From positions 27,094,001-27,158,000 of the forward strand of contig NC_043021.1 in assembly GCF_006345805.1 (NCBI RefSeq): 64,000 bases of DNA, given 5' to 3'. The number at the start of each line of letters is the position of its first letter. Position 1 is the first letter of the stretch. The DNA is from Octopus sinensis (Eukaryota). A program made the translations under genes and the position numbers. The notes under the pieces were generated by a model. That model saw nothing but the letters and a program-made list of their open reading frames with translations, did no database searches and was not told the DNA's origin. Below are positions 1 through 13,405 of the stretch, in pieces.

Positions 1-850
1 CAGTGCCTGTCCTCAAGCTTCGTTTGGAATTTTGAACTGGACACTACAAAAGATGAATGAGATAGATGTTCGTACACACAAGTTGCTCAGTATTCCAGGA
101 GACTTTAACATAAATGGAGATGTAGTCAGGCTCTACTTCTCACACCAGGGATGGTGGCCGTGGACTCAATCCCGTAATTATAACATGTGAAGCGTATATT
201 GTGACACTGAAAGAAACATGTGTAGCAAAGGAGAGAGACTAGTAACTGTCTTGCCCAAGTCTGGGACATTGAAATCGACAACATAATTAGGATAGCTAAT
301 GAACACGAGGAGAGGCATGAAATAAGAACTGATATAGATCTCACCCCAAAGAGCGTTGGTAAAACATTTATCAGAACAACAGAATAAAAAATGGACCATT
401 TCACCAAGAAGATAATACTTGGGTACTTGGCGCATAAAACACAAACCATAGAAGGGATTGGTCATGTCAAAAGCTTAGTTTGGAGTACCGACAAGTATAT
501 GACATCACAGTTTGAAAGCTACCTCCATGCAGCCCAAGAACAGGAAATCCCAATAAAGTACCGACAGCATAAGAGGCGGAAAACATTGATAAGCAACAAA
601 CGCTGAGCGTGCAAGTCCCAAACTGAAGACATCAACCACAGTATTGCTAATTGCGAGAGAATGTCTTCCAGATATTATCTTGCCACGTGACACGAGGCAG
701 TCGCTAGAATAGCCTGGAATAGGAAAACAAAGAAAGAAAAAGAAAACATCTACAGTATTCAAGATACACTTTCAGCATCATGCTTATTATCATTGGAGCA
801 ATAGGATACGCACCAACCCGTCTGGAGCAAAGTGTGGTGGAACTTGAGTT
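1..850 (+). mobile_element. Decayed RLE-type (R4/Dong-like) non-LTR retrotransposon, C-terminal region
   Basis: ORF 391-606 contains SQFESYLHAAQEQEI. It is followed by a broken CCHC knuckle R*ACKSQTEDINHSIANCERMSSRYYLAT*HEAVA (601-705) and VWWN near 832. Many stops and frameshifts. Confidence 0.6.
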
Positions 851-1809
851 CTTGGGGAGAGAACCTAAATACTTTAGTCAACAAATGACCACAATATCTG
901 GGAAGATAAAAATCTGAAAGATTTGGAGGATGATAAATAAAGCAAGATTTTTTCCTACACAACCTTGCTACCAAACAGATGATCGGCCAAAATTTATTTC
1001 AAAGTAGAGAAAGAGAACGCACACACACACACACACAAACATATACGCGCGCACACATATATACATATGAGCCAATGTCATGAATTTCGATAATTTATGA
1101 ATACATAGTTCATTGCACTCTCCGCATAATTCAGAAAAAGTAAGCAACGACCTAACAAAACCTGCTTGAGGAAAAGAGAGATAATTTCTAGAAACTTAGA
1201 ATTATTTCCCGAGTGAATTTAAATTCTTAGGGAAATGAGAGTCTGATCTTTCTGTGCTTTCTTTGCAATCGAAGGAAAAGCATAGACACATGTTTCGGTT
1301 TATTTTACCTCCTCAGTTTAAGGAAATCTAATTGAAACCTGAAAATTATTGCGATAGATTTCTACATGCAGCAAAATAATTTCGTATAATTTTGGTTAGA
1401 ATACTCCGTTTCTTTTTCGTGTTTAATTTTAAATTTTAGACATAAACGTAGAAAACTATTGTTCAAATTGTGTTATTAATCACACTTATGCATAATAACA
1501 AATTGATAACACACGTGTGTAAGAAATTATGAATAGCACTTTGCATGACGCTCGAAATTGTTCCAAAACCTTGAATTAAATTTTGTAAGAGTCTTTGTCG
1601 CACCTGGATACACTTTGCGAAACTATTGGTTTAATCTATATTCAAATTTCTGTGTTTAATTACAATTGCGGATGAAACTCCAAGGACTCAGGTTTTGGTT
1701 TTTAAAAAATCATTTAAATTGTATTCTTTTTTTCCTGCTTTAGGCATTGGACTGCGACCATGCTGGAGTATTGACTTATAGGGTTAGTGGAACAAATCGA
1801 TAGCTTCAC

Positions 1810-4800
1810 CCAGATGTGAGAAGGGCAGCAGCTGAACAGCAATCTTTTTTGTGCATGGCACAAAAAATTGTTCAGCAGCTGACCTGGCTACAAGCACAAA
1901 GCTGGAACTACCACCACATAAGGCCACCACCAACAGATGTAGGATGGCCACCACAGACACCAACACCAACACACACACCACAAAAATATTTCTACTGAAC
2001 GTAGGAGGGCTGCTGCGCGGAAACTTTAAAAGGAAAATCTCATTCTTGAGAGACCTTGCGACATGCAATCAAGCTATATGCATGGCACTCACAGAAACGC
2101 ATCTTGGACCCGATATAGGTGATGCAGAAATACACATGCCGCAATATGCAGTCATACGCTCAGATAGAAAAGGGAGGAGCCATGGTGGAGTTGCAATGTA
2201 CATCCGAGATGACCTCACGCCCCAGGTCCTGTTGTCATATTCAAACTCAGTGTGTGAAACTCAAATTGTACACATAAGACAACTGAATATCGTCATATGC
2301 ACTACATATCGCCCACCAGATGCTCCAAATCACTCAGGCATGTTTGAAGACTGCCTAACAAAAATAGAAGTCCTCACCAACCTTGAACAACACAACAGTG
2401 TATTCTTCATGGGTGACTTTAACAATGTGGAATGACCTGGGGGGCAGATGCTCTCAGGGATGACACACCATCAGCAGGCACAGGCAGAGTCCCTGCTCCA
2501 TCTCACAAATGCCTCTTTCATGGAGCAAATAGTTCTGCAACCAACAAGGGCAGATAATATACTGGATCTCTGCTTCACAAACAATATGGATATTATCCAT
2601 AATGTTAATGTGATGCCGACAATGATCTCGGATCACAACATAATAGAGCTGTCTATGTATGGACCAGAAGCCCCCGTAGATACACAGCCTATACGAAGCA
2701 TCCACCATCTCTCCAACTTAAACTTTCATAAAGCAAACTGGAAGTTGATTGAGAAAGAGATCCTCAAACAGGATTGGTCTAAATGTCTCTCCACACCGGA
2801 CATTAACATGAAACACAAACACTTCATGTCCATAATACAAGCCATATGTGACAAATATGTCCCAGTGTGCAGGGCCAGCACACACAAAAACAGGATCCCT
2901 AGAGAAAGGAAGATTCTTATGAGACGACGGACAAGGATTGCGAACCACCTGAGCAAGCACACCAAAAGTGGTGAGAAGTCTCGGCTCGAGAGAATGCTAA
3001 TGGAAATTGAGAAAAGTCTGCATCAGTCCTATGAAAAGGAGAGAACAGATGAAGAAGCTTGGGTTATATAAAATATAAAATCAAACCCTAAAGCTTTCTT
3101 TAAGTTTGCCAAAGAGACAGCCACAGTGCACCAGAGAATAGGACCTTTCTTCCAAAAAGATGACTCTCTCACAGGAAATCCCACGAGGATAAGTGAAATA
3201 CTGAACGAACAATTCCAAAGTGTGTTCACTACACCTCTAGGACACAGGCAAGTAAACAACCCAGAAGAATTCTTTGCCACTTTACCTGCGGCCAAAGTGG
3301 CAAAAATTGAGTACATCAACATTGAAGATGATGATATTACACTAGCCATAGATGAGATTGACACAAACTCAGCTGCTGGACCTGATGGATTTCCAGCGAT
3401 CCTTCTCAAATCGTGCAAACGAGCCCTTGCAAAACCGCTACAGCTTCTTTTTCAGAGCTTTCTTGCAAGTAGTAAGCTCCCAGTCAAATTGAAAGAGGGA
3501 GTAATATGCCCTATCCATAAGGGAGGTAGCAGAGCAGATGCTAAAAATTATAGGCCTATCTCTCTGACCTCACACATCAGCAAAGTCATGGAACGAATTG
3601 TCCGCAAGAAACTAATCATGTTCCTTGAAGAAAATGACTTGCTGTCTGACACCCAGCATGGATTTCGACCAGGTAGAAGCTGCCTAACACAGCTCCTGCA
3701 ACACTATGACTGGGTGTTGAAACAGCTACTAAATGGCTCAAATGAGGATGTAATATATCTCGACTTTGCAAAAGCCTTTGATAAAGTCGATCATGGTATG
3801 ATCTGTCACAAACTGCGTGGTCTCGGCATAGGCGGGAAACTTGGAGAGTGGTTGCACAACTTCCTAAAAGACAGAAAACAGGCAGTTGTGAGCAATGGAG
3901 CCACCTCCAGGGAAACGCAAATAACAAGCGGTGTCCCACAGGGCACTGTCTTGGGGCCACTGATGTTCATAGTGGCCCTTTCAGACATGCCTTCAGTTGC
4001 TACGATGACCACCCTTGCTAGCTATGCAGATGACACAAAAGTCTCCCACACAATACAAAACCCTGATAATATTGCGCATCTGCAACACGAGTTGGATACA
4101 ATATACAGGTGGGCTGAGGACAACAACATGCAGTTTAATGCAGGTAAGTTCCAGGCCCTGCGCTATCGGCACACAAAGGTAAACGACGTGCAGACTAGAT
4201 ACACTGGCCCAGGAAGAATTGCAATCCCTGAGTCAAAATCAGTGCGTGACCTGGGCATTGACATGAGCAATGATGCATCTTTCCAAGCGCATATGGTCCT
4301 ATGGAAAACATTCGTTCTCAGCCGCTTGGAATACTGCTCCCAACTATGGTCACCACACAATATAAAACTAACAGCAGAACTCGAAGCAATTCAGAGAAGA
4401 TCGTCTCAATGCAAAATATCAGCTACTGGGAAAGACTGAAGGTATTAAACCTCTTCTCCCTAGAGCGGAGGCGGGAGAGATATGCGGTGATATACATCTG
4501 GAAAATCCTGGAGGGTCTTGTCCCAAACTTTGGCATTCAAAGTTACCCCAACCGCAGAATGGGACGCCACTGCATGGTGCCAAAGATTCCAACATCACCA
4601 TCAAAATACAGGTCCAGATACTGCAACAGCTTGGGTTTCAGAGGACCACAGCTCTTTAACATCCTCCCTAAATGCCTGAGAGACTTACATGGTGTGGATG
4701 TGGGTTTCTTTAAAACTAAACTGGATCTCTTCTTGTCGGGAGTCCCATATGAACCTACCTCACGACAGGAGACACAGATGCAGGCAGCAGCATCGAACTC

Positions 4801-4930
4801 CCTTGTTGATCAAGTGCCACGTATCAGAGGTGGATTCACATATTAGTGTAGCTCATTCGGCGGTGGTGACCCAGCATGGCCGCGGCCTTCAGGCTAAAAC
4901 ATTTTAAAGGATTTTAAGGATTTAAGTAGT
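1810..4930 (+). mobile_element. CR1-group LINE, 5'-truncated, pseudogenised ORF2 (APE endonuclease + reverse transcriptase)
   Basis: APE motifs ETHL, RSDR..R.HGGVA, YRPP, GDFN, NILDL, SDH. RT motifs NYRPISLTS, QHGFRPGRSC, YLDFAKAFDKVDH, SGVPQGTVLGP, YADD (4023-4034), RDLG, LEYCSQLWSP, SLERRRERY. Stops at 2433 and 3069, small deletions near 4290 and 4400, and a (TTTAAGGA)-like 3' tail at 4901-4927. Confidence 0.93.
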
Positions 4931-5097
4931 AATTACATTTTTGTTTTGAAATCTGGTACTTTCCATACATTTCGCTGTTTATGTGTACGTAAACAAAGCA
5001 ATACCGGTTGTGAAACGATGATCATGCAAGCACAACTACAAAAGCACACACACATATACATATAGGTATACATATACACAGATATATTGATACATAC

Positions 5098-5177
<80 letters not shown>

Positions 5178-5261
5178 GTATATAAACACACACACACATA
5201 TATATATATATATGTATACATTCATACGTATATATATATATACACATACATATACATACAG

Positions 5262-5557
5262 CGGAGGCACTTGGCCAAGTGGTTAGAGTAGCGGGATCGC
5301 GGTTCGAATCTCAGACCGGGTTATGTGTGTGTTTATGAGCGAAACACCTAAGCTCCACGCTGCTCCGGCAGAAGGTAATGGCGACACTTCTTCTGACTCT
5401 TTCGCCACAACTTTCCCTCACTCTTTCCTCCTGCATCTTGCAGCTCACCTGCGACGGACCGGCGGGGAACCTATACGCCAAGGAACCGGGAACCGGCCCT
5501 TATGAGCCAAGCGTGGCTCGAGAAGGAACAAACAAGATTAACAACAACAACAACAAC
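5262..5557 (+). mobile_element. tRNA-derived SINE with (AAC)n tail
   Basis: A-box-like TGGCCAAGTGG, B-box GGTTCGAATCT, CORE-like GTGTTTATGAGCGAAACACCTAA segment and (AAC)n 3' tail. Confidence 0.7.
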
Positions 5558-5574
5558 ACACACACACACACACA

Positions 5575-5629
<55 letters not shown>

Positions 5630-5630
5630 T

Positions 5631-6433
5631 CGATGTCGTCAGCTGACGTTTCGCTGACGACATCGTACTCATCGCTGAAAACACGGACCAGCTTCAGACC
5701 ATGCTGACCGAGCTCAACATCAAAAGCTCTGCAGTAGGTCTCAAGATGAATCGCATGAAAACAAAGTTCATGCGGTCAGACAACATACCAACAGGTCGAA
5801 TGGTGATCGGCAGTGATGAAATAGAGGAGGTAAGGGAATATGTCTACCTGGGACAGGAAGTAAATATGTGCCAAGATATCGAAAAGGAGATCTCACGGAG
5901 AGTAAGGGCCGGATGGAAGGCGTTCAATGGCATAAGGGATGTGCTCAAGGGAAGGTTGGACAGGACCACCCGCGCCAACCTCATTAACAGTGCAGTTCTG
6001 CCTGCAATGTTATATGGTAGTGAAACATGGGCTACCACAAAGAGAGAAGAGCAAAGACTGGTAACGGCTCAAAGAGCCATGGAAAGGTCAATGCTTGGTA
6101 TCTCGTTGAGAGAGCACATAAGTAGCGAGATCATCAGAAAGAAGTCCAGCGTGAGAGATGTCATCGCAGAGTATACTCGCAGCAAGTATAGATGGGCTGG
6201 ACACGTCGCCCGGCTCTCCGATAATCGGTGGACCCACGCAGTTGTCGAGTGGTACCCGCGCGAGCGGAAAAGACCACCCGGAAGACCTCCACGACGGTGG
6301 AGTTACGATTTCTGGAGGACGATTGGGATCACGTGGATGAGAAAGGCGCGATCCAGAGAGGAGTGGACAGCGTGCTGTGACCAGCGGTGTCAAATGGACG
6401 CCTGACGGACTGGTCGGTCAAGTGATCAAGTGA
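5631..6433 (+). mobile_element. RTE-clade LINE, 3' fragment (RT C-terminus, open frame 5647-6405)
   Basis: RFADDIVL (FADD at 5650-5661) is in frame with the 234-aa ORF carrying GLKMN..KTK, YVYLG, LYGSETW, RWAGHVAR and RPPGRPPRRW. Ends in a TCAAGTGA x2 tail. Confidence 0.92.
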
Positions 6434-6438
6434 TATAT

Positions 6439-6511
<73 letters not shown>

Positions 6512-6550
6512 CATACATACATATATATATATATACATATATATATACAT

Positions 6551-6778
6551 CTTTACTACCCACAAGGGGCTAAACACAGAGAGGACAAACAAGGACAGAC
6601 AAAGGGATTAAGTCGACTACATCGACTCCAGTGCGTAACTGGTACTTAATTTATCGACCCCGAAAGGATGAAAGGCAAAGTCGACCTCGGCGGAATTTGA
6701 ACTCGGAACGTAACAACAGACGAAATACGGCTACGAATTTCGCCCGGCGTGCTAACGTTTCTACCAGCTCGCCGCCTT
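6551..6778 (-). mobile_element. tRNA-derived SINE family A (Meta-domain-like), monomer with tail A
   Basis: Minus strand reads GGCGGCGAGCTGG..., B-box GAGTTCAAATTCC, GCCTTTCATCCTTTCGGGGTCGATAAA and tail GCCCCTTGTGGGTAGTAAAG. Many homologous copies in the window. Confidence 0.85.
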
Positions 6779-6786
6779 ATATATAC

Positions 6787-6826
<40 letters not shown>

Positions 6827-6830
6827 TATA

Positions 6831-6927
<97 letters not shown>

Positions 6928-6939
6928 ATATATACATAC

Positions 6940-7250
6940 TTATCGGTTCGGCAAAAGAGACCGATAGAATAAGTACTGGGCTTACAAAGAATAAGTCCCG
7001 GGGTCGATTTGCTCGACTAAAGGCGGTGCTCCAGTATGGCCGCAGTCAAAATGACTGAAACAAGTAAAAGAATAAAAGAATAAAAAGAAACATATATCAC
7101 GACTTCCACAAGATTTCCGCCTACCATTTTCACTCATAAGGCATTATTCGGTCCGGATCTGTAGTAGAGATACTTGTCCAAGGTGCTGAGTAGTGAAATT
7201 GAACCAGAAACCATGAATTTGCAAAAAGAACTTCTCAACCACACAGGAAT
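6940..7250. mobile_element. Fragments of SINE family B (CORE-like)
   Basis: 3' half on + (CGGTTCGGCAAAAGAGACCGATAGAATAAGTAC...GACTGAAACAAGTAAAAG) and a diverged 5' half on - (7100-7250). Confidence 0.7.
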
Positions 7251-7651
7251 AAATTTGTATAATTGATCCAAAGCAGTGTGAGATCGACTTAAAATTGTTA
7301 AAAATTGTTTCAAAAAGACAAAATAACAATGTAAAATGAAAATAAAGGAGCGAAAACAAAATCATGACAAAAGCATGATATTTACATAAATATCAAAAAA
7401 CAGTATTGCTGTTACGTTTTATCCTCTGTATTTTTTCACACCTCTATTTTCAACGGAGTTTGTTGCACTGGTTTTCTTAAACAATCGTACCAATTATGGA
7501 TTAGAAAAGTGTCATAGTTTTCCCGAAGCATTGCGGAATATGTAGAAACTCAAATGTGTTATATAAAATAGCAATAAAAAAGATATTGAAATATTACTTT
7601 AGAAATATATAATTTAATCCTGAAATTCTTTCACAAAGGCTTCAAAGAGGA

Positions 7652-7698
<47 letters not shown>

Positions 7699-8029
7699 CA
7701 TCCATCCATCCATCCATCCATCCAATTACCCCTACCAACGATACATAGAATATCTCAACAATGGAACCTCTACGCAGAGGCTCTTTTGGGGGTCATCATT
7801 CTATGCGAATTTCCCTTGTTAGATCATGATTTAAGTCGGGTTTGGTTGTTATTCCTCACCCATTGCATGTCCAAAGATTTTCATAGCTTTGTTCTAAACG
7901 TCTGAACTAGTTTTTGAGTTCGCCCTTGTTTTATACGTTCTGAGAAATATAGATAATTTTTTTAGGAACGTATATCATATATTATGATCGGATATCAGGG
8001 AAATATGTCTTATACATCACATGTGGGAC

Positions 8030-8370
8030 AGGGAAATGGTTATGGCTTTGTAGTAAGAGGTCGACTTCCCAATGACATGGTCTGGTTTCAGTTCCGCTGC
8101 ACGCCACTATGATCTTCCACTATAGCCTCGGACCGACCAAAGCCTTGTAAATTTGATTTGGTCTACGGAAACTTTTTGTTTGTGTTAGCCTTTCCCTACC
8201 GCTTGACAGATGGCGTTGGTGTGGTACATCCCTATAGTTTAGTGGTTCGGCAAAAGAGATCGCTGAAATAAGTACAAAGCTTTAAAATAGTACTGGCTGG
8301 ATTCCTTTTAATAAAACCCTTTAAGGCAGAGCTGTAGCATGGCCGCAGTCCAGTACCCGAAAATATAAAA
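8030..8370 (+). mobile_element. Diverged SINE family B copy
   Basis: CTATAGCCTCGGACCGACCAAAGCCTTGT and GGTTCGGCAAAAGAGA...AGCATGGCCGCAGTC match the other family B copies. Confidence 0.65.
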
Positions 8371-8559
8371 CATAAACGGTGTCATCAACACTTCCTGTCG
8401 TAAATTTTTACAGCATTCTGTGACATTTTAGCATATGAATCTGTTTACAAATTGCTGGACAGTCATCACCAAAATGTGGGGCCTTAGCACCACCCGCTCC
8501 TTCAATGGTCTGCATTAATTTCTTTCTACTATAAGTCTCCTTATTTTACTTCTATTTTG

Positions 8560-8728
8560 GGGGAGTTAGGGTTAGTTAATTACATCGACCCCAGTTCTCA
8601 ACTGGTCCTTAGTTATTGATCCCGAAGGGATGAAAGGCAAAGTTGACCTTGATGGAATTTAAACTCAGAAGAAACGCTGTCAAGCATTGTGTCCGCTGTG
8701 CAAACGATTCTGCCAGCTCACCGCCTTG
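8560..8728 (-). mobile_element. Diverged SINE family A copy
   Basis: GGATGAAAGGCAAAGTTGACC and TCTGCCAGCTCACCGCCTT match family A. Confidence 0.7.
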
Positions 8729-9720
8729 ATGCCCGACAATGTTATTCGATTTGTTTCTGTCGTCTGCCTGTTTTAGTCGTGTGACGCCAAGGGAGTTAAT
8801 AACTTGAATGGAGAAAGATATATGCAGAAAGAAAGAGAGGAGACGATGAGAGAAACAGAAATCGTGGAATCGGTGAAAAAATAGAAAGAGAAATCACGAG
8901 AGAAAGAGAGAAAGAGTGAGAGAGAGAGATGGAAAGAGATAGAGAGAGAGAGAGAGGGCTTATTTTATTTTGCATTTGTGTGTTCAAATTGCAGGTATAA
9001 TCGACATGTTTAACATAATGAAACGTCGTGAAAATCTATAAATTTATGCATTAAAAGATATATCGATAGATAGTTAAATTAAAGTGAAATAGCCTTAGCA
9101 AATATCTGTGGATGCTACACTTATCTTCCACGTATTCTAGACTGAAACGCTGTGCCCATGCTGGGGCACCACCATTATTCACTTTCTATTGTTATTAGGT
9201 TTAAGTGCTTATCGGTATTGAGAGTAGACTAATGTATACATCAACATAAGGGAAAGTAGATATAACAGCTAATTAATTAGTTAGTTGGTTCGCTAGCTAG
9301 AGAGAGGTTGATAGATAAGCAGATTGACTGATAAACAACTAGCTACCTAGAGAGATAGATAAATGATATTATATTCAGTTCATACAGTTTGTAAAGCATT
9401 TTCTGTATTACATACAATACCTTTAAATCGGTTCAAGTTTTGTATTTCTATATATATCTGTACGTCACATACACTTCGTATAGCCTCGTCTATAATATAT
9501 TTGTATATAATTCAGTAAGCTCAATATATACTAAGTTTATTTTCCGAATTCATTAAACTTTAGAACACTTCATATCTATCAAACATTAAAAGCAGGAAAA
9601 TAATCAATAACTTCCAAGTTCTTTTCAGTTATATTTTAAAGCACAGTTTTGATTAAATGGTAGGATTTCAAAAGAATTTTCTTAATATTCCTTACTTGTC
9701 TTTTATCTTTTAAATTTTTA

Positions 9721-10088
9721 CTTGTTTCAGTCATTTGACGGTGGCCATGCTGGGGCACTGTCTTGATGAATTTTAGTCGAACGAATCGACCCCGGTACTT
9801 ATTATTTTTAAGCCTGATACTTATTCTCTAGGCCTCTGTTGTTGAACTGCTAAGTTACGGACTCGTAAACACACCAACACCGGTTGTCAGACAGTGGGTG
9901 GGGGACAAACACAAACACAGGCACACATGCACATACATACATACGAAAAGCTTCTTTCAGTTTCCGGCTACCAAATCCACTTACAAGACCTTTGTCGTCC
10001 CAAGGCTATTTGCCAAAGGTGCCACGTATTGGCACTGAACCTGGAACCATATTGCTTGGAAGCAACCTTTTTTCCTCGCAGCCATGCC
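9721..10088 (-). mobile_element. SINE family B copy
   Basis: Colinear with the intact copy at 59945-60385. Confidence 0.75.
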
Positions 10089-10446
10089 AGCGTCTATGCT
10101 TAATACATTAACCCTATTTTTCCATATACGATGACTTATGCCATGGAACTTGCACGGATCCCGTTACTCCGTATAAAGACAAAACTTGTTACATCCTATT
10201 GTGCAGCTGTTTTTATTGTTGTTGCTTTTGTTGATGTTGTTGTTGCTGTTGTTGTTGTTGTATTTAGATTCAGGTGAAACTTGAACAAGGCAAATCTAGT
10301 GAAAAGATGATCATAAGACAATCGGCTCATGACCAATCTAGTCATGGCCGTCTCATCTTTATTTTCTTCAGATAAATTTATCTAAGGTTTTTCGTATTTA
10401 GTCTGCAAAATTCTTGATGTGAACTTGTGTGCTGAAACACATTTTG

Positions 10447-10855
10447 TTGTATCTCGGGAGGGTCGTTATGTCAATAATAAACACACGCACTGATTTTATT
10501 TCATTTATTCCATTATTTGCTAATTGGTTAACTATTTATCAGAGTAACTAATCGATTGCTTGATTAATCATTCAATTAATCATTCGATAAGTCATGTCTG
10601 TCAAAGTCCTTTCATTGCCATTCGCAACAAACCTGAAGGTTAGCTGGAACAGAGAGGGCATGCCATTGATGACGTCACGAATGGCGACGAAAGGATTTTG
10701 ACAGGCATGACTGATTGAATGATTAACTAAATGATTAAACAAACAATTGATTAGTTAATTGGTTTAAATAGTTAACCAATTAAAAATAATCCAAAAGTGA
10801 AATGAAACCAGTGTGTGTGTGTTATTATTGGGATAATGACCTTTCCGAGACACAA
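10447..10855. mobile_element. MITE/foldback element with ~180-bp imperfect terminal inverted repeats
   Basis: TTGTATCTCGGGAGGGTCGTTAT...GTCATGTCTGTCAAAGTCCTTTC is mirrored by GAAAGGATTTTGACAGGCATGAC...ATAATGACCTTTCCGAGACACAA. Confidence 0.75.
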
Positions 10856-12526
10856 TATTACTTCCAATTTTTAAGACGGTTGGCTGTGATTTGAGGCAAA
10901 GTTTACTACCTGAGGAATTTTATACGTTCCGGAAGACTTGGATTCCTGAAAATGTGGACGTAACATGGAGTTCTTTAACCTGAAAACCTGAAAATCTTGA
11001 CGTAACTTTTACCATTAGCTTTCATATTATCATGTTACAGGAAGTCAATAAGCACCGAAAATAATAGCAAAAAATACCTTTTACATTACGCAACATCACG
11101 TTACAAGACTTTCACAAACGCAAAGTTTCCGTAGCGCGGGGATGTCTGTATTTCTATTAAGTCAAGCAACCCCCTAGAGGCGTTTTCTCTGGCTCGTAGA
11201 TTTCGGTATCATTCGTGTTCTTCTGAGGATGATTTGACATCTTCAGTTCTCAAATCCTCCTTTTTCTCCTGGTAAATGACGCCATACTGTCGAAAGTTGG
11301 AAGTTAAGCATAGCAGAAGAGAGCTAGAGAAACACAAGTTAGTTTCATAGTGCTTCCGCTGCTTATTGCTGTAAACTATATCACCTTGTGGTACATAGTC
11401 ACAGCTAAGTAGTCTACGCTAAGTATCTTGTCTCTCTTATATGAAAACATAGCAGCGCTACTTGAGCCTTTCAGTCAGTGGTAGTCTAGTGATTCAATTA
11501 ATTCTAGCTACCTTCGGATAGCTTCGGCTATCTTCGGTCTTCGTTGGTTCTCTTCATATATCTTTCATCTCCCATGACTAGAAATATTTCACTAAATCTT
11601 ATTTATGTCCAAGAATGATTTATTTATTAGTTGTTTTCACAGAATTCCTTTATAACGATTTCAAATTGCGATGTTAAATATTTCATTATGAATACATACA
11701 TTATTGAAATGTCATTCTGTCCGAATAGGACCCTTGGGTGAAAAGGAAATTGGTTCAATAGTGAATTGAGCGTTTTAAACAGTTTGATTTTATGGGGCAA
11801 CGTAACGAGGCAGGAGACATATTATTGCATTTTATCGCAAAAGATTATGGTATACAAAACCAGATCTAATGGAATCGAAATGCATTAACTGTACATATTT
11901 AATAGCCTCGCATATAAGATGATTCACAAATCCACAGAATAAAAGCGATTTTCATTTTTATGATGTTATCACAACTCATTATTGTCGGAAGTATCGGAGG
12001 TGGTGTAAGTGATCAGATTTAATTAGATACAGTTTATGGGACATCGTATACAGGGATGCTGGTTTCTTTTCCTCGAGTGGTCACAGGATATTTCAAAAAG
12101 GAAAAAAAAAGAACGAACAAGATGTGCCGTTTATGGGTTTTTTTCCGGGAGAATATCAAGAGCAGAGACATGGTTGTGTGGTCAAGGGGATCGTTTTGCA
12201 ATTACATGGTTCCGATTTCGATTCCATTCTGCATCTCCTTAAACGCAGACCTTCGACCATGCGTTCGAGTCAATCCCAATCGTGGGAGTGAAATTGGGTA
12301 GAAGGAAAACTGTGCTGCCGCCCTTTAGATGAATTAGTCCTGTCCTGGAGTAGTAGAATTAATTCTTCATCCAGTTCACTGTTAACTCTAACTGGCCATT
12401 AAGTGTCTTTAGTAGAGTCTACCCTGTTAAAAGCATTCGGATCGCACCTTCATTCCAAAGATAACTCCAAGACTTGTGTTTCATTAGTTTGCTGCGTGAA
12501 ATTTAACTTCAGATTCTGGACAGTAA

Positions 12527-12610
12527 GGCGTCCCAAGGCGAACTCAGCGTGAATGGAAACCACATGTAGAACAAAAGTACAAAAGCTCACTGGATCTCGA
12601 TTTTCAGTAC
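12527..12610 (+). pseudogene. Degenerate 28S rRNA fragment
   Basis: GGCGTCCCAAGGCGAACTCAG...GAAACC...CAAAAGCTCACTGGATCTCGATTTTCAGTAC aligns without gaps to the conserved LSU segment recalled as GGTGTCCTAAGGCGAGCTCAG...GAAACC...CAAAAGCTCGCTTGATCTTGATTTTCAGTAC. Confidence 0.7.
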
Positions 12611-12678
12611 TCTAATTCGGCGAGCAGGCAAAATCGCTTATATGCCGGGTGAAATGCTTAGCGGTATTTCGTCTGTCT

Positions 12679-13405
12679 CTTTCGTTTCTTACGCGTCGCA
12701 CATGTGTACGTGGTGAAAATTGCTATTTCTTGGTGTTAATATTGTTGATAACTGCTGTTTCTAATAACTGTTGTTTCTTGTTAAATTGTTGAATTACTTA
12801 ACTGTTGGAGTTTTCATTTGAAAACACTAAGTGCTTGTAGTAGCACGCGTTGTTCATTCCCCCGTTGGGGGGAAGAATGTCGTCTAGCAAGGAGCCTACC
12901 GTTAGAACAGAAATGTTTGTTTCTCCTGTTGAGAGGAAGAATTACATGTTGTCTAGCGAAGAGCCAACTACGAACAATAATGGTTTCCCCCGTTGCAAAA
13001 AGGAATGACAAAATGTATGATTTATTTGGAGATGTGTCTGAAAGCTCGTCAAAACTTTCACTAGAAGAATTCCCGAGTTTGCCAAAAAACAAAAGTATTG
13101 TGTCCAAAAGAATAATTGATGCACCTAGCATCCAAACCGAACAACCAAAAAATGGAAAAAAAGTTTTGCGTTGGCAGCTGGGGGTGGAACCCGGCTGCTT
13201 TCGACGAATAAGTGTGATTTCATGAAATACAGTGAAATGATGCGAATAAATGACAACGTGGTAAAAATTCAACAACCAGAGAAATTACTACTAAAAGAAA
13301 AACAGTAAACAATAATTTTCAAAACTTACTGTTTGCAAAAAATAAAAATTGTCTGTCCTTGTTTGTCCCTTCTGTGTTTAGCCCCTTGTGGGTAGTAAAG
13401 AAATA
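12679..13405 (+). mobile_element. Non-autonomous non-LTR element (ORF1-like N-terminal remnant + tail A) inserted in a family A SINE
   Basis: Flanked by GGTATTTCGTCTGTCT (12663-12678) and GGTATTTCGTCCGTCT (13406-13421). The SINE head lies at 12619-12678 and the SINE body resumes at 13406-13520. The insert ends in TGTCTGTCCTTGTTTGTCCC...GTGGGTAGTAAAGAAATA. Confidence 0.7.

Noticed and set aside
11050-11600. Possible host exon(s) in less repetitive sequence
   Set aside because: No long frame, recognisable motif or convincing splice context was found.
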